A stretch of 60,577 bases of DNA, the filler included, from Circinaria calcarea (Eukaryota): assembly GCA_051942165.1 (NCBI GenBank). It is 13 parts of 13 records of this genome, joined end to end, with 100 filler letters (N's around TTAATTAATTAA, not from the genome) between each part and the next. Parts side by side here need not be neighbours in the genome. Positions count along the whole stretch, not along the records: positions 18,713 to 23,281 come from JAVECS010002268.1; positions 23,382 to 27,946 come from JAVECS010002269.1; positions 28,047 to 32,610 come from JAVECS010002270.1; positions 32,711 to 37,273 come from JAVECS010002271.1; 9 more parts are not named here. One strand, 5' to 3'. The notes under the pieces are model-generated. The model did not search any database. It was not told the DNA's origin and saw nothing but the letters and a program-made list of their open reading frames with translations. This document shows, in pieces, positions 22,553 through 36,254 of the stretch. A program made the translations under genes and the position numbers. How positions within the stretch are numbered: position 1 is the stretch's first letter; every line of letters begins with the position of its first letter.

Positions 22553-23508
22553 ACATGTATTCACAAGTGTTCGACAGGTTATCGAGAATGTTGCAAACCT
22601 ATTCTCGGCCAAAATAACCTCGGAAGTATTTATCAGAGATATCGTGGGATTTTGCTCAACCCCCAACTCCTCCTATATGACTACATGAGGTGGACAAGCG
22701 AGAAGTGCACTCCCTACTCACCAAGATGTGGTAGAAATCTGCCACCCGATGCCACTTTTTTTTACGAGTTTTTATACGAGGAATTATTCCTATATCCCCC
22801 AAACATGCCATTTTTTACTCCCATACCCCCTCAACTTACTCCCATAAACCCCCCGGCTGCCAATACCTTAACTCCCATACCCCCTTACCCCGCACCTTAC
22901 CTCAACCCGGTCTCTATTCTGAACCACCGAGCTCTTAGCCAAACCGTTAGAATAGGCCTTCACCACGTAAAATCAGCCACTGTAGCTGCCCGCCCCTCTA
23001 CAGCCCGAGGTAGACTGCAGCGGCGGAAAATTGCATAAGCGATATTGAAGATCAACTATACGTCGCCTGCGAGCGGTATGTATCCAGTGCACAGTTGGTG
23101 AAGTTTGTCAATCACAAAGAAAGGAAGGAAAAGAACTTGGCTGTAGTACAGTAGATTAGCTGTTGGATCGATGGAGATTTGCGCGAACGTAATGCGTCTG
23201 ATTACGTTATGTACGTCAAACTGCTGAAGATATGCAATTATTATGATCATATTAGTATAGGGGTTATGGGGGGAAAATAGGNNNNNNNNNNNNNNNNNNN
23301 NNNNNNNNNNNNNNNNNNNNNNNNNTTAATTAATTAANNNNNNNNNNNNNNNNNNNNNNNNNNNNNNNNNNNNNNNNNNNNTAAATTAAATAGAGATATC
23401 CTACACGGTTTATAAAGTTTTATCATTATTTTTACCATTTTGCTAAAGTTTTTTCAGCCCTTGTCGTCAGATATTGATTCTAATAGGGTTAAGAAAACTT
23501 CAGATAAT

Positions 23509-23988
<480 letters not shown>

Positions 23989-26176
23989 ATTTCCAAGAAT
24001 ATATCAGATGGACACTTACCTTTATTTAAAAGTAAAGGTATAGTACACCGGCTAAGGTATTTACTTGCTATTCGCCAAGTTTAAAATTAACATAAAATTA
24101 AATAGTGACCCCCAATACGGTATAAAGAGTTTTCTTTATTTTTACCATTTGCTAAAGGTTTTTAACCTTTGTCTTTATATAAAGATTACACTGAGTCTAA
24201 AAAAACTCTTCATAACTTGCATGCTTAGTATAATATATTTTATTATAGATTAGCTTTTATTAGCTTTAGAACAGATATATTATTTAGTGTATCTAGTTAT
24301 ATTAGACTATGTTTTAGCAGTCCAGCTAAACCTCACCCGTTTATATCTTTACCTTTAAATAAGAGCACCCTTATGTTTAGCTTAAAACCGTCTTCGAATA
24401 ATTTTCCCAAAGGTCATCTTAAGGAGAAGGGTCTTAATGGAGAAATAGATATTACACAAGAGGTTGAAAAAAAAGCTCTTAATCTAAATTTAAAGGAGAG
24501 TAATTCTGATATATTATCAGATGATTACTCGTAAATTCAAAAATGATAATTTGAGTGTTATTCCGGTAGAAGATACTTGTTCTGTTTCTGAACAAATGAT
24601 TCAGATAAGACCAAGTATTCTGGATGAAATTAAAAAGTTGGAATCTTTTTCAAACTCTTCAGTATAAGATAGTATAATAAAAGCTAAACAGCTTAATTCT
24701 TTTTTATGCTCTTTATCTGCGTGAGAATCTGCATTTTGCCTCCACTTATTTACTTTCTCGTGATCTTGATCTAATAGAATTAGATCAAAATATAGAAGAA
24801 AGAATTTTATTGCTCTCTCAACATTGATTAGTTTTAGATAATCTGTTAGCTAAAGCAAATAGCTCACATCCGAATTTAACTAGAGAGTTTGCCCTTTCTA
24901 GGGATATAAATCGGATACATTTCCACCACAAATTCTAGAATTTAACATATATGAGTGGACAATTGGTAAATAACGATCCAGTTTATATTAGAGACACTAC
25001 ATATCTAGCATGATTACGTCTTATTAATGTTATTTATGATAACAGAGGTACTATTATTAGTCTACAGTAGTTAGATTAATCTCGATCTGTAAATTCAGAT
25101 AATGATTAACCTTTTATAGTTAAGGTTGCTTTTTAAGTCCAGACTCTTTTTTGTCTTTTATTTAACATATTTTTCTCTTCTCTTCTTGTTGTGTTATACA
25201 ATTAAAAGGATATATAGTTCATTCTATAATTCGAAGAAGAATTATATATTTTAACATGAAGATAAAGAACTAGAACGAACAGTTCCAAAGCATTTAGTTT
25301 AATACTTTTGCATATAAATATATTATGGGCTTCTAAGTTTAATCTATCTCTTTCGAGAGTAAATACTTATTAGCTAAGACTAAGTAAGCTAAAAATAAAA
25401 CTCTCGAAACTAGAAAATGAGCTTATAAAGTTCTAACTAAGATATAACACCTCTTGTATATATACTATATTTCTCATGGTTTTTTTCATTGTTTGGATTC
25501 AAATTCTTTTCTCCACGAAATCAATATAACAATTCTAGCTTTTAACTGCTCATAATTCCAGAATAATTTGTGCTAACTGATTAAATCATCTTTATTAACA
25601 ATTTGCAAATAAGAGATAGATCTAATATCACCCTTAGCAAATTTAAATTTTAACTGAATTGCGAATCTATGTTGTGTAGAGTTAATGTGAAGATTTCTAA
25701 AATTAGAAAGTGCTAATTTAATTTTGTTATTGTGAAGTAATGAATTGTTAATTGAAAAGGAAAAAAAAAAATTCATGAGAATTTCATAGTTAACTAAAAT
25801 AATTAGTTTCGAGAAAGAGACATTTGAGTAAATAGGTCTTATCTCTCTAAATCGAAAAGAAAAGCGAAAGTACCTCCTTTCCTCATAAGAATCCTTAAAC
25901 TCTGCATAAGAACTGAAGTTACCTCTTCATCTGTTCTACTTAAAAAAAAAAATAAAACTGATGTTCAAAATAGCTTTCGTCTACCTCAACTATCATATTT
26001 AATATAAATACTCTTAAAGTTAGAATCTAAAGATTTAAACCTAATTTTATCTTCTTAAAGAAACCGGGTTTAGCTATTACTACCTCTTTACTCGAATAAC
26101 CTTTATTTAATTCATTAGTAACACCCTCTATAATTTTTCGTCTTTTATTACTAAATTATTCTGCAGTATTTACAGT

Positions 26177-26720
26177 TTAGATTGTGTTATTAGATGAATG
26201 TTTGTTAACTACACTACCAGATTTAAACCTATCTCTAATCTTTCCATTAACTTTAACCGAACTAACTCTTCTTTCACCTACATTTTGGCTATTTGAAGAT
26301 GATGGGAATAATGGAGAGATTGTATGTGTCGAGGTTGTTAAATTACTAGCTTTAATCATAAGAGGCATATTAGATGTAATAGGGGAACTAATTACTGTTT
26401 TACCTACGTTATAACTACTATAAGGAGATGGTGTTGATAATGGAGAGATCGTATGTGTCGAGGTTGTTAAATTACTAATCTTAGGCGCTAGAGGTACATA
26501 CATAGTTGTAGAGGTTGTCTGAAATAAAGGAAGATTACCTCTTGGTGTAGGAGAAGATAATTTACTAGGTATATGTCTAGGAGGTGAAGAGAATACCTGT
26601 GACACCATATATTTAGTGGGTGTTCTAAGAACACCCACAGATTTATATAGCTCTGATACAGGTCTACTATATAACTCTGATACAGGTCTACTAATATTAA
26701 CACCAGTTATAGGTCTACTA
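26177..26720 (-). repeat. Internal repeats in a decayed S/T/P-rich mitochondrial-type orphan ORF
   Basis: SNLTTSTHTISPL is encoded twice (about 26307-26350 and 26437-26480); 24-27-bp tandem units ending AGGTCTAC at about 26644-26720. Confidence 0.6.
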
Positions 26721-27839
26721 TAAGATATAAGTTACCTAGTAAAAAAAAAAAATAAAAAGGTGCATATTTTATAGAGACTGAGTAAGTTGTAACTTTAGAT
26801 GCATTAGAAGCATTTGACGACCTATAAGTATGAGAAGATCTGGATATGTTTTCATTCGGATTATAAACAACTGGAGGTGAAGATGTATTATCCGTATACT
26901 CAACCTTCTCTCTCCTTAAGGAGATCGACCACTTACCTTTATCCTTTCCTTCAGATAAAAGAGATCTGAATAGATCTAACTCGGGAAAATATGTTAAAAT
27001 CTTAAGAATAAAGAAATTAATAGACCAACAAGGAAAAAGTGCTTTAGCTGAGATAAATCGTAACTAAAGTAATTAACGATATACCATCTGACCGAAAAAT
27101 AAATAAGCAAAGTTAAAGCCCAAATAATGAAGCTACGAAGAGTAAATAAATTTTTAAGATTTAAAAACCTTGTAACCCTTTGGAGAAAAACCAGAAAGGG
27201 ATTGTTTTAATTTTTTGTTGCAATTGTTGTTATAATTATAATGGAATAATTGTTTCATAAATATATATATGTAATAAAGTATAAAAACACAGTCTTTCTT
27301 TCAGGAGACAAACTAATAAGACAGAACTAGAAGGGAATATAATTATCTACCTAAGTGTTTCCTTAATGAGTACCAGATATTGGCTAATCTTTTACCCTTA
27401 TTATTTAATTGTTACTTCTAAATAATAAGAGAGTATATATCTCTTCGACAATATATTAATACAGGTGTATTATATATATAAATATAATAATATTATAAAC
27501 TCAGTGCGTATGACAGTAAAAATAAACATAACGCCGTTTTTCTAGTACGACTTAAAATAAGAAGTCCCAAAATCCAGATGAGATCATTCCCTTTTATTAA
27601 CGGACAAGGAAGTGAAGTAAATATCGTGTTATTCCCCACCTACGTCCTTAACTCTATAAGTTAGACTATCTGGGATGCTATTTTAAAAGTTAGCTTTTTT
27701 CATTTTATTTTTTCTGTTTTTCTTCTTTTAATTAAAAGAATGAGAAAACCGGTATTTAAATATAGTAAATATATGATCTAAATACAAGTTTATATTTAGA
27801 AAACCAACCTTTCTAGATATAAGCCGGATTATCTGTCCG

Positions 27840-27910
27840 AGGATATGCGTAGATGGCTCTACATATTGATTGCAGATCTTTAATTAAGGGTTCGATTCCC
27901 TCTTATCCTT
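27840..27910 (+). tRNA. trnC: Mitochondrial-type tRNA-Cys(GCA), degenerate anticodon stem (possible pseudo-tRNA)
   Basis: AGGATA...TATCCT acceptor stem, T-arm AGGG-TTCGATT-CCCT, anticodon loop TTGCAGA; two U-U mismatches in the anticodon stem. Confidence 0.7.
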
Positions 27911-28046
27911 TTCTTTTATTTAATTAACTTAAGTTAATATCTAAAANNNNNNNNNNNNNNNNNNNNNNNNNNNNNNNNNNNNNNNNNNNNTTAATTAATT
28001 AANNNNNNNNNNNNNNNNNNNNNNNNNNNNNNNNNNNNNNNNNNNN

Positions 28047-28452
28047 GTGAGGATGCAACTTGGCTGCGTCGACCACCGATTGTGACTTGGTAATTTCGGT
28101 ATGGCACTGTGCTGTGAAAATGGCCACAAATCACTTCAATGCTTGTAGACAAAGGCTTCTCGCACAGGACGTGCTTATGGACTTTCATTGCCTTGATGGC
28201 CTGTTCGGCATGTACCGTTGTGACCGTAGCAATGACCACAGCCTGTAAACCAGGGTGCTTCAACATCTCGTCATAGTCTGTATATAACGTCACTCCTTCA
28301 AGATGCTGCCTCGCCCATTGTAATTCACTCTCATCCGGTGTGAAGGCTGCAACGAGCTGGGCTCGAGGTGTCCGGTTGTGGAAATGAAGGGCATGTCGAG
28401 CTCCCATACGGCCTAAGCCAGCACAGGCAATTTGGAGCTTCCGAGGGGCCAT
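28047..28452 (-). CDS. myo-Inositol 2-dehydrogenase-like Gfo/Idh/MocA oxidoreductase, 5' part
   Basis: MAPRKLQIACAGLGRMGARHA...HAEQAIKAM...HVLCEKPLS; truncated at the contig end. Confidence 0.85.
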
Positions 28453-29329
28453 GTGTGACAAGACTGCGCTTCGTGAGTATACTAACTCTAAGATCAAGAG
28501 CTGATGCCATATTAATATTTCCTTCTTCCCAATTCCAGAAAATAGCAATAATCGCCCTACCTAGGTCTTGAGGTGTGTAGTTTTAGCCTCTGACCAATTG
28601 GCGGAGCCAAAATTCACACCGCCACGTGAAAAGCCAACAGGTCAGCAAAACCTCGAAGAACGCAAAAGGCAGTTTGAGAAATGGGGCTATCGACCAACAT
28701 ACAACTATTATTCACCTAATCGCACCAACGAGCGGTAGCTGTGGATTTGCTGGAGAGGTGCGATTGCGAACAATCTATATATTTACATGTAGCAACATAT
28801 TTTTTTCCCACTCAAAGCAACAGTTAAAGACATAATGCGTACGACCCACTAAGCCCCCCGAGTCAATCAGAGTCAAAGACGATATGTAGGCAACTGATTT
28901 TAGCCGAGAACCTTCCCTTCCTGGAAGATCTCCGGACTTGAGTTGCTCTGGTCCTGCCATGGCGCATGTATCTGTTCATGTGCCACAATGACTTTCCCGT
29001 CAGAATTCTCAAGAAGAAACGAGTGACTTGGATGTCAACTTTCACCTGGGCATGTAGTACGAGGTAAGAGTTACAAGGCTGAGGTCATGTGATGTCGTCG
29101 GACCGGCGTATGCCGGAGACCGGTAGCAAGATCCAGAAGACAATTGGAAAGGCGATGTCTGGGATGGAGTTTATTGAACCTACCTAGACCGCTGCGAATT
29201 TGAACTTAACAGAGCAAACTGCAATGGTGTCAAGCTGTGTTCGTTGTATCATCATTTTGTAGACTTGATCATATTTATTGAGCGTTTGCATAGACATGAC
29301 GGGTATTTGGCACAAGGAACTCTCCTATA

Positions 29330-30532
29330 TCAAGGTTGATCCCTCTCTTCGCCTCCAACCATCTCGATAACCACCTTTATTACCAAGTTACCTGCATCGT
29401 CCATTGTCCTCGCTGCCATCCTGAACGCTTCCGTCGCATTCTCTAGTCCTCGAAAGCGATGAGTAACCAGAGTCTCTAAGCTTGGGACACCACCTTTCTT
29501 TCCGCTAACCAGGGCAACCCCATCCTGGTAGGTATTGGCGTATCTGAAAACACCGCAGCAGCAGATATGGGAAGCGTCTGTACTGGTACTCCCATACCGA
29601 CCAGCATCAGTCGGCCCCCAGGCTTTGTAGCGTAAATACCAGCCTGCACGCAGGACTCGGCGCCTGTGCATTCGAATACCAGGTCCGCTTCGCCAATAGC
29701 TCCATCGGAACTGCACTTTATCTGGCCAACGTTCGACGCTGTTTCTTTGGCGATCTCCAGCTTTTCCTCGGTTGTTTGCCCACACTTCATTGGAACAACG
29801 AGACCCTTGTGAGCAAATCCGTTTGTAACAGCAAAATCTACCCGGCCGCCGTCAATGTCTGCTATCACAACCGTCCGTGCTTTTGCTTGGCATGCCATAT
29901 AGGCACATAGTAACCCTACAGCACCTGCCCCGAAAACCACGACTGTCGCATCAACTCGCATCTGGGATCGCCTGCTAGCATGAATTGCAACACTCAGCGG
30001 CTCCAAGATTGCTCCAAGATCTAGCGATACGGAATCGGGCAGCTTGTAGCACCATTTCGCTGGATGATTAATCCTTTCCTGCAGTGTCCCTTGGAAGTGA
30101 GGGAATGCTTTGGCGGAGCTTCGAAACCTCATGCCTCTACAGAGATTGTAGCGGCTACTTGCGCAGAGTTCGCATCTTTCGCATGGGAGTCCAACCTCCA
30201 GAGCAACCTTGTCTCCCATCTCGAATCCCTCGACATCGGCACCTACAGCTATGACAACACCAGCTGACTCATGACCTAGCGTCAATGGCTCACGAAGGAT
30301 GATATCGCCATTGCGGCCGTGGTTGTAGTAATGCAGATCTGAGCCACATAGTCCCGTTGAGCGGATAGATATTTGGAGCTGTCCTGACCCTGGCGAAGGC
30401 AAATGTCGAGTTTCCTTGTCAATCCTGTCAATTTAGCAGGCAAACTGAGAAGAAATCGTGACAGAAACCCACTATTCTAAGGTCCTCGGGCCTATGGAGG
30501 ACTAAAGCCTGTACAGAACTTGACGAGCTCAT
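29330..30532 (-). pseudogene. Zn-dependent polyol dehydrogenase (sorbitol DH / L-idonate 5-dehydrogenase-like) with a frameshifting deletion
   Basis: GLCGSDLHYY, GHESAG, CERCELCASSRYNLC and GAGAVG present; near 29555 ISAAA joins GVFRYANTY out of frame, with the usual LREVDL segment missing. Confidence 0.8.
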
Positions 30533-31012
30533 ACCGACGATAGACGATCGGGAGGTGTGAAACTTCGTACTGGCCAAGAGGAAAAGATCGATGCTGCACT
30601 GCTCTCGGGTGGCAGTTTTCGAATTCCCTTCAGGCGGCCCTGGTCAACATGTTGGAGTCATGCGCCACGTACATTCCCAAAGTGGATTCTCTTCTTTGGC
30701 TCAACACGAGACTTTGAAGCGTACGGAATGAATTGGCCAATTAGATAGCCGCACGCGATAATCCGGGTTGAGTCTTATTACCCCGCATATCCCTCCCGGC
30801 GCTACCGACTGACAAGCTTAGTGCGGGTAGGGCAACCCCCCCGGAGAGTAGCGATTTACTCAACGGTCGGTTCGATACTCCGTAAGTCTGTAAACAAATA
30901 ATAACATTGACCTGTACCGTAGCAGAGAAATTGAATTGAGTAGCCCACCTTTCGCCTGAAGAGATTGTTACTATTTATCCTATATTTAAATAGATTTCAG
31001 ATTAACTTATCA

Positions 31013-31065
31013 CTATACCCAGATTTGATGGTCGATTTGCACGTCAGAACCGTTGTGAACCTCCA
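31013..31065 (-). other. Degenerate fragment (about 53 bp) of nuclear 25S/28S rRNA
   Basis: Reverse complement TGGAGGTTCACAACGGTTCTGACGTGCAAATCGACCATCAAATCTGGGTATAG matches conserved LSU sequence TGGAGGCTCGCAGCGGTTCTGACGTGCAAATCGATCGTCAAATTTGGGTATAG (recalled) with transitions only. Confidence 0.8.
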
Positions 31066-31174
31066 TTGTAAACACCCGGCCTTATTTTCCTTCCCCTAGA
31101 TCCCTTCAGGGAGACCGGCAGCTTCATTGAGCATAGCTACCCTCTATCCTGCAACAGTCAGCGACAACTCCCTA

Positions 31175-31303
31175 ATGGCCTCCTTCTAGAAAACGTTCTC
31201 TTTCGAGGGACATACCGCCTTAGTGACGGGTGGGACACGAGGAATAGGCCAAGCAATGGCAATTGCCCTCGCCGAGGCCGAGGCTGATATACTGCTCGTT
31301 CAG
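31175..31303 (+). pseudogene. Short-chain dehydrogenase exon 1 remnant (KduD / 5-keto-gluconate reductase-like)
   Basis: ATG 31175, in-frame TAG 31187-31189, then [36 protein letters not shown]; downstream exons are absent. Confidence 0.8.
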
Positions 31304-31687
31304 GTGGGCTCACCGAATCAATACATTCACGTATCAAATCCTCGGGAACCCCACAACCTCTCACTCCAGATAGAATCACCGGGATCAATTATCCCAAGCC
31401 AAACTACCCACCTTCCAAAGCCACTCGGCCACACGCTTCTGCAAACACGGGAAGATTGGTCAGAGGAATAATCAATCGCGTCAGACGAATCCTCATACAT
31501 TCCCAAAATCCCCCCTGTATTTCCAAGAACGACAAAGGAGTTTGGTCTAGTTTGCATCCAAGATTCCATCACGAAACCTCGAGGAGTAGTTGTTCTCGTT
31601 TGAATGGTTCAAAGTACACGGCAGAAAAAAGAAACGTAAAAGAAAGAAAAGAAAAAGGATACGGGGGTCCCACCAGTGCTCGAACAT

Positions 31688-32600
31688 TCACCACTTGACC
31701 ACCTTATTGGGGAAATACTCGTCAATCAGGTCCATGTAGTAGGGCTATTTCAACCAACATCAGCTCTCGATGCATTTTCAATTTGCCGTTCCCGAAGGGA
31801 AGGAAAAAAGAAGAAAGGCCAAAGCATACCTTAAGCTCCTCCACCCTCGGCACATTGTCACTCTTGCTGTACAAATCATACGGGTTAAACGCCCGGACGG
31901 CCTCCAACATGCGCTCGTCCTTTTGGTCCATGAACCTCCGGTACGCGCCGCCCGTGTGCCAGGGGTAAAAGCTATGGTAGCGGATCATGGCGAGCGCCTC
32001 GTCCGGCAGCGTCGACTGCGCCTTGGCGATGTGGTACAGGTACTCGTCGTGACCCCAGCTCAGCATGGCATTGTCCATGCCACAGCTGGTCCGGTAGATG
32101 CCGTTTTCGCTGCCGTAGACGGGATCGCGCGAGTCGGGGTTGCCGGCAAAGGTGTCCGGGTAGATGATGGCGCGGTCGAAGGCGCAGCCTACGGGGAAGG
32201 TATCGCCGACGACGTCCAATTGTCCCTGCGCGTTGAAGATGAAGAGCAGTTTGCCCAGGTCGTAGATCAGGCCCGTGAGCTGGAACCAGCGGGGCTTGCC
32301 GTCGCGGCGGATGGCTTCGGCGGACTGGAGGAGGTGCTCGATCTGGGAGAGGGAGGTGTCCGGGTCGGATTCGTCGATGAGGGTGTTGAATTTCTCCATG
32401 GCCTGCCAGACGGTCATCTCGGCGCGGGTCTTGTGCTTGAAGTCGTTGCGGGCCTTAAGGTTGTAGGCGACCGTTTGCTTTTCGTGCTACTCGCGATAAA
32501 AGGCCTTAACGCGATCACAGGCCTCTCCGTATTGCCGGAATTTGGTCTTGTCCTTTTCGGCATCGAATTAGGATTTCTCGTAAACGTCCATTTCCACCCC
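31688..32600 (-). pseudogene. MIOX: myo-Inositol oxygenase pseudogene (5'-truncated)
   Basis: LIDESDPD, HLLQSAEAIRRDG, VVGDTFPVGC, SWGHDEYLY, IRYHSFYPWH, FNPYDLYSK; last exon PYYMDLIDEYFPNKVVKW*; premature stops at 32487-32489 and 32568-32570; iron ligand motif HDLGK reads YDLGK. Confidence 0.9.
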
Positions 32601-32710
32601 GGGGGGGGGGNNNNNNNNNNNNNNNNNNNNNNNNNNNNNNNNNNNNNNNNNNNNTTAATTAATTAANNNNNNNNNNNNNNNNNNNNNNNNNNNNNNNNNN
32701 NNNNNNNNNN

Positions 32711-33106
32711 GGAGAGGACGGAGGCGCTGCTGCAGCGGCAGTTGGCCCGCTGGCTGGAACGGACGGAAACGTTGCGGAAAGGGAGCGCGGAGAAGGCGGA
32801 GGGTGCGAAGAGGAGGATGGAGGAGCTGAGGGGCGTGCATCGGATCCTCAGTGAGGAGAGGGGGGAGAAGGGGCGGGACATGGAGAGGAGGCGAGTGAGG
32901 ATCGAGCAGACGGAGAAGAAGGTGCGCTTTGGTGTTTTTTTTCCCCCTGTCTCTTGTATACGGCTGATTGCTAACGAGGAACGACGCGGCAGATGGCCGA
33001 TCTCAAGGAAAACATCGAGAGCGAGATTCATGCCGCGCGCGATGAGTACCTCAAGATGGACTCGCATATCAAGTTGTACATTACGGAAATGGAGCAGACG
33101 ATTTAG
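32711..33106 (+). CDS. NUF2: Kinetochore protein Nuf2, 3' end (intron about 32922-32992)
   Basis: ...[51 protein letters not shown], matching filamentous-fungal Nuf2 C-termini. Confidence 0.85.
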
Positions 33107-34913
33107 AAATTCGTACAGGGCGTCAGGGGTAGAGGAGGTCTAATTAGGGTGGTGGGGTTTTCTGGGATCCTGGCGTTCTGTTTTTCCAGTCTCAAAATGA
33201 GGAGGGTGATGTGGACGGGACGATTGGACGATTGAGAGGTGTACCTTAAAGTACGGTATTTACCTTTCTTTCACGATCCCCCATTGTACAAGGAATCCTC
33301 CCCCACGACCCTCGCGAGCTCCTCCTACCTTTTTTCCCTTCCAGTCCCCCATGGGAAAAGCGAATCCGAACCTTGTATTCCCCATTGCGGAATGACAGTC
33401 ACATTTCGTAAGGTAGTACGAAGATTTCCACATTACCGAAAAATTTCATCCAATTCAACTAAATGAGGGTTACAAAGTTCTAGAAAACATTTTTTTCCTA
33501 TTGAAATCATACCATATATTCCCTTCCTTCTCCGGCCCCCTCCCCTTTTTTTTCTCTTCCCCGCGGCTAGGGTTAGGCTGGCGCAGGTCATCGCATACCA
33601 TCCGAAACCTCCACATACACTACCAAAAAATAATCCCATCCCTAGCACAACCAACTTTCTACAATCACCACCAACTACTAAAAATCCCCCAATCCCCAAG
33701 AGTCACAACCACCACTAAAATCTCAAATGCCAATTGATGGCCCGGAGGAAATGGCCCGAAAAGCATGGATCACATTCTAGCGTTTCCACCGTAGCGCATC
33801 TACATGTACCTTACCTTAGGTATGAAAAGGTACGAAAGGGAAAGATATGAATTCTTCGAGGCTTTATTCCCTTTGAGCGATTACACCATCGGGTACGAGA
33901 ATTATGATCCTCTACCTTCCAAAAGCTACAAAAACATGTAGGATCCAGCACGTGACAGTTTCACGGTCATCACCGCTTTCAGCAAAGGACCTGAACACCA
34001 AAACGCCAATCACCAGAAGGCTCAGCTACCCACCCGCAGAAACAATTTCAGTCGCCCAAGGAGGGAGAGAAGCGCATTAGGAAACATCAACGGTCCCCAG
34101 GAGAGGCGGAGAAGAACTCCAAATAAACGCCAGCAAACGCCAGAGGCGGGAACCCGCTCTAATGAACGACAACGAACTCCAGAAAAGTTGCCTGTTCGCC
34201 AACGCAAACGGCCGTACTACGTTGACGGAAGCTTTGACCAAGGCTTCGAAATAATAACCTAGTGCTCTTGAAAAGCTTTCACCTACTGTTTTGGATCGAG
34301 TATGCAGATTCCTAATCTTGGTTTGCGATGCGTGGATGCACGCTGTTATGCAATCTTGTGGTGTGGTGGCTTATATGTTAACTGCTTCGATTCCTATTTA
34401 CTACTGCCCATTTAGTGTTACACAATCGATCGATCGCATCATGTACTTTTGAAGGAGGCAAGAGTATACTGTAGAATTTATGAAGTGGAAAGACGCGCTT
34501 TTCCTACTCACGTAAGGAATCATAGCTGACATAATTGCAGTGACCCATCGTCGAAAGCGTACCTATACAATTTTACTGTCTATACGCTAAAGCTTGGTTT
34601 CATTCATTGATGATTCACCCTAAGGTAGGTTGCAAGCAGGACTGTGGAGAACAGCCTAGCAGAATCTGCCTCCATGTCCAGTATTCCGATTCTACCATCG
34701 CCTAATTCAAATTTGCTACGAGTATCTGAACGATTAATCGTCCTCCAAATGGGTTTCATATTGTGTGGTTCGCATAGGAGTCAATCTGTTGTCAACGTTT
34801 CCGACAATCCCATTTGCTTCTATGAAGAATGATGCTCGGTGCTCTGTCGCTGCTCTACAAAGGACAAGCAACACATACTCATTCGCTAGCAAACTAAGAC
34901 AACTCTCCGAACG

Positions 34914-36254
34914 ATGAATCCTTGTTACAATCTAAGTCTCAATAACCTCTCGCTACCAATGGAGCGGCTTCCAAATTCAGATGTTGGCTGGGTTATTCCT
35001 AGCTACAGAGGGGCATTAGATCTTATCATCAGCTGCGTTGCCGTTCTTATTGCTTATACGTGTCGATAGTACATCCCAACTTGCCTAGCCTGGATGAGAT
35101 GTGGTGGCGAAAAGGTTCTACGAAAAGGTAAATGGAGCTCATCTTCGCTGTTTTACTTGAGCTGGCTGGAATTATAGCTCTTCTTGAGTTCGTAGCTGCC
35201 TGGGATTCTAAAAAGACCATGAAGGAGCTCGGATATCCTGGACGGACGGTAACACATGGGTTCTTCGTGAACGTGGGCGGTTTTGTTTTACAGTTGCCTG
35301 ATTGGCGCGTCCCGATGAACCTCAATGTGCTTTTCGCTATTTGAGATTTGCCAAGTACCAAATTGATATTCCAAATCCAAGTGAGAGCGAAAGAAGTACC
35401 GTCCATGGCAATCTATTCTCCAGCACGGAGCAAGACAGCAGCAAAGAACTACGTGAGACCTTCATCGAACTCAATGCTGGGAACGGAGGTGGTAGCGATG
35501 ATCTGGTTAACATCTACTCCCGAGAGTTAACCAAGGAGCATATCGAAGATCGAAGCAAAACGAACATTGTCGCGAAGACATTCGCCGGACTGCAGTCGTT
35601 TTGGCTGGTTATCCAATGCATCGTCCGTCATCTTCAAAACCTTCCACTATCGCAACTCGAAATAAGCACAGCGCTCTTCGTATTCTGCACTATGCCAGCG
35701 TATGTTCTGCGGTGGGCCAAACCTGAGAATGTTGATGTACCTGAAACGATTATATTCAAAGGGAATATATCGTCTCAGTTTTGGGAAGATCTAGAAGAAG
35801 CCTACGGTTCATCCCGATGGTCTAAGTGGCACAAGATGGACAAGCGAGAATGCATTCCTTAGACCTTAATATTGCACGACATTGGGAGCATTGTGAAGAG
35901 GAAGAAAGCGTTCCTTCCTTACTTAAGTATTGGTCTATGCGCTGGAGCCTAGAATGGCCTCCACATAATGGCAACTGGATCACATTTCGCTAGCTTGCTA
36001 GAGCTTCTGCTCTGGAAAACGTGCTGCTACGCACTTGTGGGTCTCGCACTTATGAGTCTCGCAGTTCAGGCTATTGTATGTTTCTTGTTGATGGCTACCT
36101 ACGAGACAGCTTTTCGAGTAATACACTATATTGCTGAGGTACTTTATGCATGCTGTCGATTTATTCTTTTCTTTCTCCCCTTTGTCTTGCTACGCGTTCA
36201 ACCATCGTAAGTTTATCTCGACACCACTGGTCTAAATATATCCCACATTTTTAA
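34914..36254 (+). pseudogene. Pseudogene of a widespread uncharacterised fungal multi-pass membrane protein family
   Basis: Motifs GWV...RGALDLIISC, HPNLP, THGFFVNVGGF, IEDRSK...Q.FWLVIQCIVR..Q.LPLSQLE, KPENVDVP, GLH and WSKYIPHF* are spread over several frames with stops. Confidence 0.75.

Noticed and set aside
23989..25200. Group I intron with homing endonuclease after cox1 exon 1
   Set aside because: No LAGLIDADG or GIY-YIG ORF or clear intron core is visible, and the exon itself is mutated.
27520..27680. Possible structured RNA (intron core or rnpB) in a GC-richer patch
   Set aside because: Conserved pairings could not be identified by eye; a covariance-model search is needed.
31770..32666. 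298-aa plus-strand ORF
   Set aside because: Antisense shadow of the GC-rich MIOX coding sequence, and it runs into the spacer.
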